Virus record (IMG/VR): IMGVR_UViG_3300024322_000001
DNA: 64,000 nucleotides
Direction: 5' to 3' (one strand)
DNA from: a virus
Taxonomy: Duplodnaviria > Caudoviricetes
A program made the translations under genes and the position numbers. How positions within the stretch are numbered: position 1 is the stretch's first letter; every line of letters begins with the position of its first letter. The notes under the pieces were generated by a model, which had not been told where the DNA came from, made no database searches, and saw nothing but the letters and a program-made list of their open reading frames with translations. This document shows, piece by piece, positions 19,262 to 29,900 of the stretch.

Positions 19262-19558
19262 TTAAAAAGGAGTTTCTTGAATTGATTGACTTGTTATTAA
19301 TTTATTAATAGAAGATGATAATTCTGTTTGGATAGAAGGAATATCAAAACTCCCTGTTATCCACCCTAAAACTATATCTTGAGTTAAATCTTCGAAAGGT
19401 ATAAACCCGTCTTCAGATGCGGTCCCTGATATTTCTATGATGCCCCATTTTCGAGCTACAGATCCACTAACGATAGTATCATATGTGTATTCTACATCGT
19501 ATACTAATCCGTCAGATGCGTTTCTAGTTAAGTTATTTATGTGCCAGTTAAATTCCAT
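19262..19558 (-). CDS. Small tail-fibre-associated protein, paralog of 13410-13718
   Basis: WHINNLTR..DGLV, DGFIPFEDLT..IVLGWI, terminal TPF. Confidence 0.65.
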   Translation of the reverse strand: MEFNWHINNLTRNASDGLVYDVEYTYDTIVSGSVARKWGIIEISGTASEDGFIPFEDLTQDIVLGWITGSFDIPSIQTELSSSINKLITSQSIQETPF

Positions 19559-19570
19559 ATTTTATAAATA

Positions 19571-20278
19571 TTATGATGTTACGTCGAGGTATACTTTAAA
19601 TGTTCCTACGTTACTACCGTAAGAAACAAAACTAAATTCTAAAGTATCAACTAATGCTGTGATTGGGCTTCGTAACCAGAAGTTATAGCCCAACATACTT
19701 CCTCCACTAGTTTCTGCATATACATGATAACCAGTTGATTCAACTGTTGTATCTACTGATGTACCTGTTCCTGAAGATGGAGGAATACTATTAGTTACAT
19801 TCCACCTACCCCCACTTGTACCTGTTCCTAACGAAGTCCAGCTTGCTCCACTATATGTACTGGTATTTGTTGTTGTTGTCTGCCATCCTGTTCTACTTTG
19901 AGATAAATCATAAGTAGTATTACCTAAATATATTGTTGCACCGATTTGAAAATCTCCTCGGTAAGAAGTACTCGCTGTACCGTTAGTATACTGTATTACT
20001 AATCTACCGTTTTTACCATCGTAATCACTCAACGTAGAAATTTCACCATCACCTTGGAATATATCCCAAGAGGTAGTTGATGATAAATTTTGTGTATATA
20101 AAGCTGAGGATAATCCTAAAGGGATACTTGAGTACCCGTAAAATTCGGATACAGCATCTGGTGTTGATTTCCCAGCTGTACTGCTCATACTACGTAAAGA
20201 TACGTTTGTACTCGCGGCACTTAGTTCTGTTCTAATTTGGCTAAAACTAAGCGGATTTCCTGCAGAGGGTAGAGCCAT
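19571..20278 (-). CDS. Putative distal fibre adhesin with MAM-like C-terminal domain
   Basis: MALPSAG.PLSFSQI.TEL N-terminus common in fibre-tip proteins; YHVYAETS..FWLRSP; directly follows the fibre gene. Confidence 0.5.
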   Translation of the reverse strand: MALPSAGNPLSFSQIRTELSAASTNVSLRSMSSTAGKSTPDAVSEFYGYSSIPLGLSSALYTQNLSSTTSWDIFQGDGEISTLSDYDGKNGRLVIQYTNGTASTSYRGDFQIGATIYLGNTTYDLSQSRTGWQTTTTNTSTYSGASWTSLGTGTSGGRWNVTNSIPPSSGTGTSVDTTVESTGYHVYAETSGGSMLGYNFWLRSPITALVDTLEFSFVSYGSNVGTFKVYLDVTS

Positions 20279-23200
20279 TATACTTTAGATTTAAGTTCGT
20301 CGATTTGTTTTTGCTGTTCTTTAATTGCTTCAATTAATAAAGGAACAATTTTTTCATAGTTAACAGCTTTATATCCATTATCTCTTGTAGTAACAGCTTC
20401 TGGTAATATTGATTCTATTTCTTGGGCTATAACACCTACATCTCTACCTGTATTACCATGTATTGTTTGTATTTCTTCTTTTGATAAAGATTTCCAGTCA
20501 AATGTATTACCTGATACTCCTATTACTTTACATAAAGCATTTTCAATAGGTTGAATATTTTCTTTTAATCTTCTATCGGAAGTAGCAAATGCTACAACAT
20601 CGTTTGTCGCATCAATTCTACCGGTTGTTGTATTAAGTGTTGTAGTACCCCCTACTTGTAAATGACATGCTACTGTGGCATTGTTCATGTAAGTAGTTTT
20701 TGTTGTAGTAGAAGCTAAACAACACCCTATAGCGTGAGAATAGTCGTGTTTAACACAGTTGCCTCGCCCGACTGTTGAAGCATAATCTGAGTGACATATA
20801 TTGTTCATACAGCCTCCTAGAATAGAGGAATAATTAGAATTAAGGCAAACATTGTTGTACTCACCTCCTATTATGGAAGAAGCATATCCGGTGGCACGAT
20901 TACAAAATCCTCCACCGACAAAAGCAAGTGCTTGATCTTTAATTAAATTACATTTTCCGCCACCTATAGTACTAGCCAAGGCATTGCATATTCTGTTACA
21001 ACATCCACCTGCAATTGTAGCGCCACTGCAATTGCTTCCGCATATACAGTTTTGGATACCACCTCCTATTGTGTTCTGGGAACCATAGCTACAAGTATTT
21101 ATAACGTTAGTAGATCCTCCTGCTATTGTATTGCTAATATATCCGCATATTACATTACTATTTCCACCACCTATGGTATGGTAATTTCCAGCAGTAGAAT
21201 TTTTAATTTGGTTAGCATTACCTCCCAGGATTGAACTCAAGTTTTGACATAATATACTATTACTACATCCTCCTGCTATGGTACCGGAATTAGACACTAA
21301 GATACAGTTAGATCCACCTGAGCCTATAAATGCGAAGCAGGCTCCATCTATTTGATTTCGACAACCTGCTCCTATTATTGCATAGGCAGATCTTGACTCA
21401 CTTTTAGGGTAATTGCAAGCTGTATCTAATATCTTGTTTTCATATCCTCCTACAATTGTTTGAATAGTTCCGAATTCCATTTTATTGTAACAACCTCCTC
21501 CTATAAAGTTTGCACTACACATAGAACCGTTTCCTTTCACGCAGTTTAAAGTACCTCCTACAATTGTATTGTAGTAACCACCACCGGTGGAGATGCAGTT
21601 ACAATTACCAGATGCGACTATACTTTGGTTACCGTTTATATAGTTTAAATTACCTCCGACTATGTTACATGAACCGAATGTTGAATTACCAGATGTTTTG
21701 TTAAGGAATACATTTTTATAATTAGCTACCACACAAATAGCAGAATCAAATGGTTCTGTACCTCCATATTCAAAGGTACATGAAGCAACTTTAACAGCTA
21801 TTGTTTCATCATCATCAGTCATTATCCCTAACTCCCCGCCGAAGTTATCATCACTGATATCGATTTTCCCTAAACCAGCATTATTGCATCCAAATTGACT
21901 ACGATCTGCGAGAAAGTAGTTTCCTAGTGAATCTACACAGAAAGACTGACCGTCGTAAGTTAATCCTGATTCTCCTATAATACTAGTTGTCCCACCAGCA
22001 GTTAGTATCCTATTATTAACTCCACCGGACATTGTAACTGTACCAGTACAAGTAGTAAACGCCGTTGAATTAAATGCATTTGAACCTAATTCTCTAGTTC
22101 CAACATCTCCACTACTGTTAATCATTAATGAAGTTGCTTCTGAATTTTGTGCGGGTTGTAAGGCTATATTCAGCGCAGCAGTCACCAATTTCGTACCATC
22201 CCAAATTAATTTGTTGGTATTACCAAATGATGTAGTTCCGTTATAGAATGGAATATATGTAGATGTACCGTTACCAGTTAATGTACCGGTACAAGTAGTA
22301 AATCCGTAAGTGTTATCCCAATTGGTATTACCATCTGTTATATACCCACATCCGTTAGCTATTTGATTGTTATTATTTGGTATATCAGAACTTATAGCAA
22401 TTGTACCAGTTTGATCAGGTAAAGTATATGTTCTATCTCCAGTTAATAGTCCTGCTAATAAAGTACCTTCGTATGCATCTGCGGCATTTCCTTCGAATAC
22501 AACACCATTTGATGTCGATACAGTTTCTACATTATTAGTTGTTGTTGTTCCTGTTACAACTAAATCACCAGGTATAGTTACTGTATCGGTTGAATCACCA
22601 ATTTGAACTGCGTTTGATCCAAAACCACCTGCTAAACGTATTTTTAAATTAGTAATAGAAACATCATCCACTTTCGTGTTACCTGCCAATGCTGTAGTAG
22701 ATGTTGTACCTAATGTTAAGTTAGAAGTACCAGTACATGTAGTAAACGCTGTTGAATTAAATGCATTTGAACCTAATTCTCTAGTTCCAACTACATTTGA
22801 ACCATTTATCATTACAGCAGTTGATGCTGATGCTTGATTGGCTAGACCTGTAAGAGATAGAGTAGAGCTAATTGTATTAGTTTCTACATCTAAATTATTT
22901 ACAAAAGTATAGTTAGATTTATCTGCTGTTATATCAGAACCTAAAATATGTACATTGGATTTGTCTGCACTAGAGTTATTAAAACCACCTGCTATACTAC
23001 TAGAAGGGAGTATTAAACAGTTATTTTTACCTCCACCTATAAAGTTGTGGAGAGAACTTATATAGTTATCTTCACCTGTTACAATACCACTAAAACATGA
23101 GCTTAGGGTTATATTATTACTACAACCACCTCCTATAAAACTACATGCTCCTGAGCCTGTGTTTAGCATACCGCCTACTATAGTAGCAAAATTACCGTTA

Positions 23201-24249
23201 GCACAGTTTTTACACCCTCCTACAACAATTGTATGTCCACCATCGGTACCGCCGTTATAAGAAATATTGCAAGAACCTCCAGCTATAACATGCCCCTGAT
23301 TAGTTGAAGAAACTATACAGTTATTATACCCTCCTCCTATAACTGTATATCCTCCTGAGCCATGTATACTGTTATACCTACCGCCTCCAATAAAAGCATT
23401 AGTACTTGAGCATATTTCGCTATCACGGCCTCCTGCTATTGAAGAAAAATCATCATATTGGATATTATGTCCTGAACCTATTTGTATATTTGTACTACCT
23501 GATATACCACCAGTTACTGTTAAGCCTATACCTGGTGTGGTCATTGAATTAAATGAAGGGGGTAGAACATACAAACCGTGGGGAGAAAAGTTTGCAGTAT
23601 CTATAAATACGTTATTACATTCTTGTTTAAATGAAATATTACCTTTAGTTTGTCCTGAAGTAGCACAAGCTATTCTACCGTAAATAGCAGCATATAGTTT
23701 ATTTGCAGCTGTACTTTTGCCCCAAAATTGAGCTGTTCCTAAAGTATCATTATCCGCTGGGGAAGCTGAATTTCTACAGAAAGTTAAATCTGGTGCAGAA
23801 GAAGCACCTGCGTCTGTAGAAGTTAATCTTAATAGATCGCCTGTACCTGTGTATGTTAAATCTAGGGTAGTACCATCATATGTAAAATTAGATGAACCAT
23901 CTAAACTAGTAGTACCGTTCCAAGTAGTTACTTGATTATTTACACCTGTGCCAGTTACAGTACCAGTACAAGTAGTAAACGCCGTTGAATTAAATGCGTT
24001 TGAACCTAAAGAATGACGCTCTATCTGACCAGAAGTACTATTTCTTGTTAAAAAGTCTATGCTTGTATTAGCAGTCGAGTCTAGTGATGGTTCTGTACCT
24101 AAGGTAACTAGTCTCTCTAAATAGGTATCTCTTCCTAATTTTGATTCTCTTGAGTATATATCCTGAGCAGAATATATTCCTCCTGAAGATGTTATTTCGT
24201 TTAGTACCGCAGTACTCCCTGAGGTAATTACTTTTTTCCAGTTTGGCAT
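20278..24249 (-). CDS. Long tail fibre with Gly/Cys-rich repeats and C-terminal peptidase S74 (intramolecular chaperone) domain
   Basis: SDRRLKENI, GVIAQEIE..LPEAV, YEKIVPLLIEAIKE; many I.GG..N.I repeats. Confidence 0.85.
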   Translation of the reverse strand: MPNWKKVITSGSTAVLNEITSSGGIYSAQDIYSRESKLGRDTYLERLVTLGTEPSLDSTANTSIDFLTRNSTSGQIERHSLGSNAFNSTAFTTCTGTVTGTGVNNQVTTWNGTTSLDGSSNFTYDGTTLDLTYTGTGDLLRLTSTDAGASSAPDLTFCRNSASPADNDTLGTAQFWGKSTAANKLYAAIYGRIACATSGQTKGNISFKQECNNVFIDTANFSPHGLYVLPPSFNSMTTPGIGLTVTGGISGSTNIQIGSGHNIQYDDFSSIAGGRDSEICSSTNAFIGGGRYNSIHGSGGYTVIGGGYNNCIVSSTNQGHVIAGGSCNISYNGGTDGGHTIVVGGCKNCANGNFATIVGGMLNTGSGACSFIGGGCSNNITLSSCFSGIVTGEDNYISSLHNFIGGGKNNCLILPSSSIAGGFNNSSADKSNVHILGSDITADKSNYTFVNNLDVETNTISSTLSLTGLANQASASTAVMINGSNVVGTRELGSNAFNSTAFTTCTGTSNLTLGTTSTTALAGNTKVDDVSITNLKIRLAGGFGSNAVQIGDSTDTVTIPGDLVVTGTTTTNNVETVSTSNGVVFEGNAADAYEGTLLAGLLTGDRTYTLPDQTGTIAISSDIPNNNNQIANGCGYITDGNTNWDNTYGFTTCTGTLTGNGTSTYIPFYNGTTSFGNTNKLIWDGTKLVTAALNIALQPAQNSEATSLMINSSGDVGTRELGSNAFNSTAFTTCTGTVTMSGGVNNRILTAGGTTSIIGESGLTYDGQSFCVDSLGNYFLADRSQFGCNNAGLGKIDISDDNFGGELGIMTDDDETIAVKVASCTFEYGGTEPFDSAICVVANYKNVFLNKTSGNSTFGSCNIVGGNLNYINGNQSIVASGNCNCISTGGGYYNTIVGGTLNCVKGNGSMCSANFIGGGCYNKMEFGTIQTIVGGYENKILDTACNYPKSESRSAYAIIGAGCRNQIDGACFAFIGSGGSNCILVSNSGTIAGGCSNSILCQNLSSILGGNANQIKNSTAGNYHTIGGGNSNVICGYISNTIAGGSTNVINTCSYGSQNTIGGGIQNCICGSNCSGATIAGGCCNRICNALASTIGGGKCNLIKDQALAFVGGGFCNRATGYASSIIGGEYNNVCLNSNYSSILGGCMNNICHSDYASTVGRGNCVKHDYSHAIGCCLASTTTKTTYMNNATVACHLQVGGTTTLNTTTGRIDATNDVVAFATSDRRLKENIQPIENALCKVIGVSGNTFDWKSLSKEEIQTIHGNTGRDVGVIAQEIESILPEAVTTRDNGYKAVNYEKIVPLLIEAIKEQQKQIDELKSKV
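22040..24009. repeat. Dispersed direct repeats in the fibre gene: 22040-22104, 22727-22791 (65 bp) and 23960-24009 (50 bp)
   Basis: Encode (RE)LGSNAFNSTAFTTCTGT; 1-2 mismatches relative to the 22040 copy. Confidence 0.9.
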
Positions 24250-24260
24250 ATCTTGTCTAT

Positions 24261-24310
24261 TTACGGTTGGCTACTGACTATTCAGTCCACTTCCCTTACG
24301 GGCCAATAAT
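24261..24310 (-). promoter_or_regulatory. Candidate structured 5' leader RNA of the long fibre gene
   Basis: UUGG/CCAA closing stem enclosing CCC-GUAA-GGG and ACUGA-AUAG-UCAGU hairpins; GC-rich island between promoter motif (24319-24326) and ATG (24249). Confidence 0.5.
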
Positions 24311-24349
24311 TAGTTTAATATAAATAGGTAGTATAAGAGGAAAGTATTA

Positions 24350-24535
24350 TTACTTTTTTAACTGTTTAGACAGTTTTGTGAAGATAGAGTAAAACTGTTC
24401 AAATTCAGCTCCTGTAAATTGAGCTGTTTTCATTTTATCTAAAAGAAACTGGATTTCTTTCTTGGTTAGTTCATTATTAACGTTAGAAATAGTAGTTGTC
24501 TTTTTATGAATTAATTTGTTGCTCTTGATTGGCAT
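24350..24535 (-). CDS. Small hypothetical protein
   Basis: 61-aa ORF in operon orientation. Confidence 0.55.
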   Translation of the reverse strand: MPIKSNKLIHKKTTTISNVNNELTKKEIQFLLDKMKTAQFTGAEFEQFYSIFTKLSKQLKK

Positions 24536-24556
24536 AACTTATTCTCTAAGTTTAAG

Positions 24557-24580
24557 CAAGAAAAGGGGGCGTTAGCCCCC
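24557..24580 (-). terminator. Rho-independent terminator
   Basis: GGGGGC-TAAC-GCCCCC followed by TTTTCTT on the minus strand. Confidence 0.75.
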
Positions 24581-24626
24581 CGTTCCTGAATAAAAAATTA
24601 TTTACTAGCAAAAAAACTTGATAGTA

Positions 24627-26195
24627 TTACTCTGTGTAGATGTAAATCTCTCCACCATCTACTCTAATGTTACCATTCTTTCTATAAGCTGCAAGATCTG
24701 AAGTAACTACTGCTGAAGCATAAGCATCTGCTGTAATTGCTGTCTGTCCTTCAGTTGCTCCTGCTGCATCAAATGCCCATCTTTCTTCTGAGTTATCCCA
24801 TCCGAAAGATACACCAGCTCCTTCTACAACTATACCACCATCGGCAGCAGAACCACCATCGTTCAAGTTGATGAATTGATCTGTTACATTTAAGTTAGTT
24901 ACGTCAACAGTAGTAGTATCACCGCTTACTGTTAAATTACCAGTTACTACTAAATCGTTTCCGATAGTAATAGTATCGTTTGAATCTCCAATAGTTAGAG
25001 TACCTAAGTTAGCATTAAGAGCGGCTTTTACGTTAGTAGTATCAGTAACGTCTGCATTATCTTCTACACCTGTTGCAGTTGAGTATGTACTGTTATCTAC
25101 AGTATAAGTACCTGCACCAGTTCTTTTCATAAATCCGTTGGATGTAAAATCTCCATCCATAATAGCACCTGCTGCTGCTACATTAGTTGCATCTGTTATA
25201 TCTGCTAAGGCTTCAATATTAGATAATTTGGATCTTTCTGTTGATGTGATAATTGCTCCTGAACCTACAGAACTAACATCTGATAAATCAGTTACACTCT
25301 CACCAGAAATATCTTGTAAAGCAGTATCTGCTCTACCACCTTGTGCTGCTGTTGCAAAAGTTGATTTATCTTCTATTGCTGCTGTTCCTAAACCTAAAGT
25401 AGCTCTAGCTGTTCCAGCATCTACATCATCAACTAAAGTTGCACCGAAAGTACTTACTTTAGATCCAGGAAAAGCATTATCTGCTTTAATTCCTTGTGCT
25501 GCAGTTGCATAGTCTGAAGAATCAAAAGATTTAACCTGTGCAAGGTTAGTTACTTCTGAATCCATTAATGCACCTGAAATATCTAAAGCTAAAGCTCCGG
25601 AAACTGCTGATAATTCTGCATCTGTTGCAAAGTTAGCATCTAATGAACCAGTGAAAGTATTTAATGCTCCAATCGAACCTCTTTCTGCTGCTGTGATTAT
25701 TTGTCCTGAACCTGCAGAACTTACATCTGTTAAATCAGTTACACTCTCACCAGAAATATCCTGTAAAGCATTATCTGCTGTATTACCTTGTGCTGCTGTT
25801 GCAAAAGCTGATTTATCTTCTAATGCTGCTGATCCTAAACCTAAAGTAGTTTGAGCTGCAGTAGCATTTGCATCATCAACTAAGCTAGCACCAAACGTCG
25901 ATATTGTTGTGTTAGCTGGTAGAGATAATGTTTTAATATCTGCATCAACTTCTGTGTCCATTAATGCTCCAGCTGCTTGTACATTTGTAAAATCAGTTAC
26001 GTCTGCGTTATTTTCAACACCTGTTGCTGTACTATAAGTACCGAAATCACTAATCTGTGATTCAGTAATAGTAATGTCACCTTCATGTGCGGTTACATCT
26101 CCTGATGTGACCGTATAATCGGTTAAGTAATTTGCATCGTTAGCAAGCTGTGCAACGCCACTGCCTGAAACGATAATTTTTTTCCATTCTGCCAT
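24627..26195 (-). CDS. Tail fibre-like structural protein with internal duplication
   Basis: MAEWKKIIVSGS N-terminus, GNLTVSGDTTTV..NL.V.DQFI.LN, duplicated ~68-aa block. Confidence 0.7.
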   Translation of the reverse strand: MAEWKKIIVSGSGVAQLANDANYLTDYTVTSGDVTAHEGDITITESQISDFGTYSTATGVENNADVTDFTNVQAAGALMDTEVDADIKTLSLPANTTISTFGASLVDDANATAAQTTLGLGSAALEDKSAFATAAQGNTADNALQDISGESVTDLTDVSSAGSGQIITAAERGSIGALNTFTGSLDANFATDAELSAVSGALALDISGALMDSEVTNLAQVKSFDSSDYATAAQGIKADNAFPGSKVSTFGATLVDDVDAGTARATLGLGTAAIEDKSTFATAAQGGRADTALQDISGESVTDLSDVSSVGSGAIITSTERSKLSNIEALADITDATNVAAAGAIMDGDFTSNGFMKRTGAGTYTVDNSTYSTATGVEDNADVTDTTNVKAALNANLGTLTIGDSNDTITIGNDLVVTGNLTVSGDTTTVDVTNLNVTDQFINLNDGGSAADGGIVVEGAGVSFGWDNSEERWAFDAAGATEGQTAITADAYASAVVTSDLAAYRKNGNIRVDGGEIYIYTE

Positions 26196-26252
26196 GTTAA
26201 ATAATTTTAAATTTTAATTGTTTTTTGTTACTATAATAAATATGTTATACTT

Positions 26253-26894
26253 CTAAATACCGAAATAAAAATTACCGTCAATATCTCTATACATCCCGCC
26301 ATCTACCGGTGGTGGAGTTACTGATTGAGAAGTAAACACTAATACTCCATTTCCTTGAATTGAAAACATTTGTTTAGAACCTGAATTGATAGTTATCGGA
26401 TCAGATGAACCGTTATATTGGAATTCAATTGAACCGGTAACTTGTAAGTCGTTAGTTGTTGAATATGCTGAACCTGTTGCAGTAAATATACCGCTTGTAG
26501 CTAATCCATTAATTGCATTGATAAAGTGACTAGAGCCTGTGTCTAATGATAGAGTAGCAGCACCTGAATTTGCTCCTCCTGATAATCCGTCACCTGCAGT
26601 AACAGCAGTTATATCTCCTGATCCGTCGCCACCTCCTCCAGGCCATGCGAAACTTTCAAATGTATACGTACTAAATGGAAATGAACCGGCAATTACTAAT
26701 TGGTATAATTCTTCTGTTCCATTAATATAGAAAATTTGACCATTCGTCAGCTTTCCTTTTAATGTAGCACTACCTGTATAAGCATTCATATCAGCTACAG
26801 TATCAACTGTCTGCCATCCACCTTGTATTGCGGTAATGTCTGTTAACTTACCGCCTGTGGTTATCGCTATATCTGTACTAATGTTTATTGGCAT
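26253..26894 (-). CDS. Virion structural protein (fibre-associated)
   Basis: GDITAVTAGDGLSGG motif, Gly/Ser/Thr-rich, synteny. Confidence 0.55.
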   Translation of the reverse strand: MPINISTDIAITTGGKLTDITAIQGGWQTVDTVADMNAYTGSATLKGKLTNGQIFYINGTEELYQLVIAGSFPFSTYTFESFAWPGGGGDGSGDITAVTAGDGLSGGANSGAATLSLDTGSSHFINAINGLATSGIFTATGSAYSTTNDLQVTGSIEFQYNGSSDPITINSGSKQMFSIQGNGVLVFTSQSVTPPPVDGGMYRDIDGNFYFGI

Positions 26895-26906
26895 ATTCTA
26901 TAGGTA

Positions 26907-29900
26907 TTATTGTGTTGATGATGGAGCCGAACCACTCGACGCCATTAGAAAATAAGTTATATCAGATGTTGCATCTCCTTGTGTAAATAATACTCCAAAT
27001 CGATCAATAGAAGTGTTAGGGTAAGTATTACCGCTGTCAAAGTCAAAATATCTTACATAAGCAGATTGTGGTGCATCATTAATTCCTGTTCCAACCCTAT
27101 CTGCAAATAGAACATATTCTCCTGCTGTTGCTCCTCCTACACTATTTGCCATTGTTTTAGGTAGAGTAAAGTCTGAACCAGAAGGGAATACAATTACTAA
27201 ACTTGAATTTCCTTGTGAACCTGTAGCTTGATTTAAATCACTAAGTAGAGCAGTTGTTCTATCTCCGCTTAATCCTAATCCGCTTCCAACTTCTATTGTC
27301 TTAGTAATACCTAGCCCACTATGTATTGTATGAGTTATGGTACCTTGACCTATATTACCTCCTGCAAAAGCAGCAAATGTACTGTTAGCATCTGTTGTTC
27401 CGTCATCGTTTGCATCTCCTAACATTGTCAAAGCATTAGCTTCAGATGTAGCATAAACTCCACCTTCATACATATAAGCATACCAGCTCACTGCTGGTGC
27501 TGCAACTGTTATACTATCACTATCTGTTCCAACTTTATCAAATGAATCAGTTGCATTTGCAGTAAACGAATAAGTGCCAGCTGTTAACGAACTATTTGCT
27601 GTAATATTCCAAAGAGTACCGTTTTCGTTTGCCGATGTTACAGTAAAGTCTGAAGCATCTGTTCCTGATAAAGTTAATGTTATAGGGTAGTCTGATTCAG
27701 TATCTCCAACTGAGATAGTACCTACATTGGTTCCGTTGCTTATTTCTCCTTCTTTTAATCCGCTAGATAATGATATAGATACTGATGGGGCTAAATTAGC
27801 AAATACATTAGCTGTTACAGTACCAGAGCCTATATTACCAAATTGATCTTGATATGTTATAGTACTTACTATTGTATCACCCGAGCTTGTTGCAGAACCG
27901 CTTATATCAACTCCTAAACTTAAATTACCATTACTATTAATTACTATGGCTGCGTTAGAAGAAGTAAATGCTTGGACTGAAGGTGAACCGTATGACGTTG
28001 AATAGCTTACTCCTACGTCTGCTGCATTACCGTTATTATATCCAGTTGCATCTCTAAATACGTCTCCTGATTCAGCTGACTCTATTACGTATATTGTTGT
28101 GTCACCATTTAAGGTACCGTTGTCTGCTTGTGCTACTGTAAATGAATCTGATTCTGTACTAGTAGCAAATCCATGTTCATCTGTTATAGAGACAGAGTAT
28201 GTATAAGTAGCTGCTGGTAAATTAGTATTAGGCTGTATAAGGTAACTATTTCCACTTTTTACTGCATTAAGTTTACCTGAAGCATCTGTTAATATAAATG
28301 AACCATAATCAATTCCGTCTCCTTCATTATCTGAGAATGAAACCGTAGTTAAAGTATTGCCTGGTCTTGCTAAGTTCGTATTATGATTGCCAGCAGTATC
28401 ACTAAAGTATATAGTTGGTGCTGCATTATCAGTTATATTAACTGTAATTGATCCGCTTCCTATATTACCGTATTGATCTTGGAAATTAATAGTTGATGAT
28501 ATAGTACTACCTCCTACATTTCCACTGCCGCTAATATCGTTTCCAACAGTTAAGTTACCATTAGAATTAACAGCAATTAGTGCGTTAGATGAAGTAAATG
28601 CTTGCACTGCTTGACTACCATATGATGGTGAGTATGCTACGCTTAAATCTCCTTGGGTACCGCTTCTACCGCTTGTACCTAATACTATACTGTCTCCACT
28701 TTCTGCTGATTCAATTACGTATAAAGTTCCGTTTACACTTAATGAACCAACTACTGCTTGTGCAATAGTAAAGTTGTGAGTAGATGTTCTAGTAGCAAAT
28801 CCTTGTTGATCTGATATACTTGCTGTAATTTGGTAATTACCTGCTGCAAGCGTATCTGTAGCTCTAATTAAGTAGCTATCTCCTGATTTTACTGCGGTAA
28901 GATTAGCGCCTGCAAAAGTAGCAGAGAATGAGTCATGGTCTAAAGCATTTCCTTCTGGGTCAGAAAATGTAATAGTAACTAAGTTATTACTATTTGCTCT
29001 AGCTTTGTTTGTATTTAAATTAGCACTAGTATTACTAAACGTAATATTAGGTGCTTGATTATCTGTTACGTTAACAGAAAATGCTTGAGTAGAAAATGAA
29101 CCAAATGAATTAGTTGCTGTTACTACTCCATCTATTTGGGATCCTCCTGCTGTGGCAGAACCTGAAATATCTCTACCTGCAAATAAGTAACCAGAAGAAT
29201 CTATAGTAAAGTCGTTAGATGAGCTGACTGACCATGTTACTGATTGGTTAGATGAGAATATCGAGACAGTACCCGAGTATCCATTACTATTATCGTAAAT
29301 ATTATCTCCATTGACTGCAGACTCTATTACATATAATGTTGTGTCTCCACTTATTGAAGGAGTGGTATCATCAGCAATCGGTATACTTATCAGACCTTTA
29401 TCTGTACCTGTATTATATGCGTCAGTTACCCTTACTTCATATATGTACTTATTAATTATATCAGAGTTTAATAGAACTCCAGCTTTCCTTGTTACTACTC
29501 CATTAGTAGATATAGAAAAGGCATCTTCATGTGGATCTGTTGCTGCTGAAGTACCAGAGTAGGAACCAGTTGCTACTGGGTTTCCATCTAGTTCTAAACT
29601 ATGTAATCTAGCGTTTGCAAAAGTAATAGTATTTCCTTCTGGATCTGTTGCGGTGATGCTTCCTGCTGTTGTTCCATCGATACTACTTTCATTAACACCA
29701 GTAAGTGTTTGGTTATTAACAGTTGGCTGTGCATTATCTACTACTGTGATACTTATAGGTAGCATTGTTACTGCATCAGCATCGTCTCCTGCAACTGCAT
29801 GTTCATCAGAAGCAGTTATTGACATGTTGTACGATGTTATACTTTCATAATCTAAAGATGAAGTGACCTGTCTCAATTCTACGTAAGTAGCGTACTTAGT

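Noticed and set aside
22040-24009. Fibre repeats as a diversity-generating retroelement TR/VR pair or invertible segment
   Set aside because: Only 1-2 synonymous mismatches between direct repeats inside one gene; no reverse transcriptase or invertase in the window.
24261-24310. Leader RNA as a hammerhead or HDV-like ribozyme
   Set aside because: No CUGANGA/GAAA core, and no convincing nested double pseudoknot could be built by eye.
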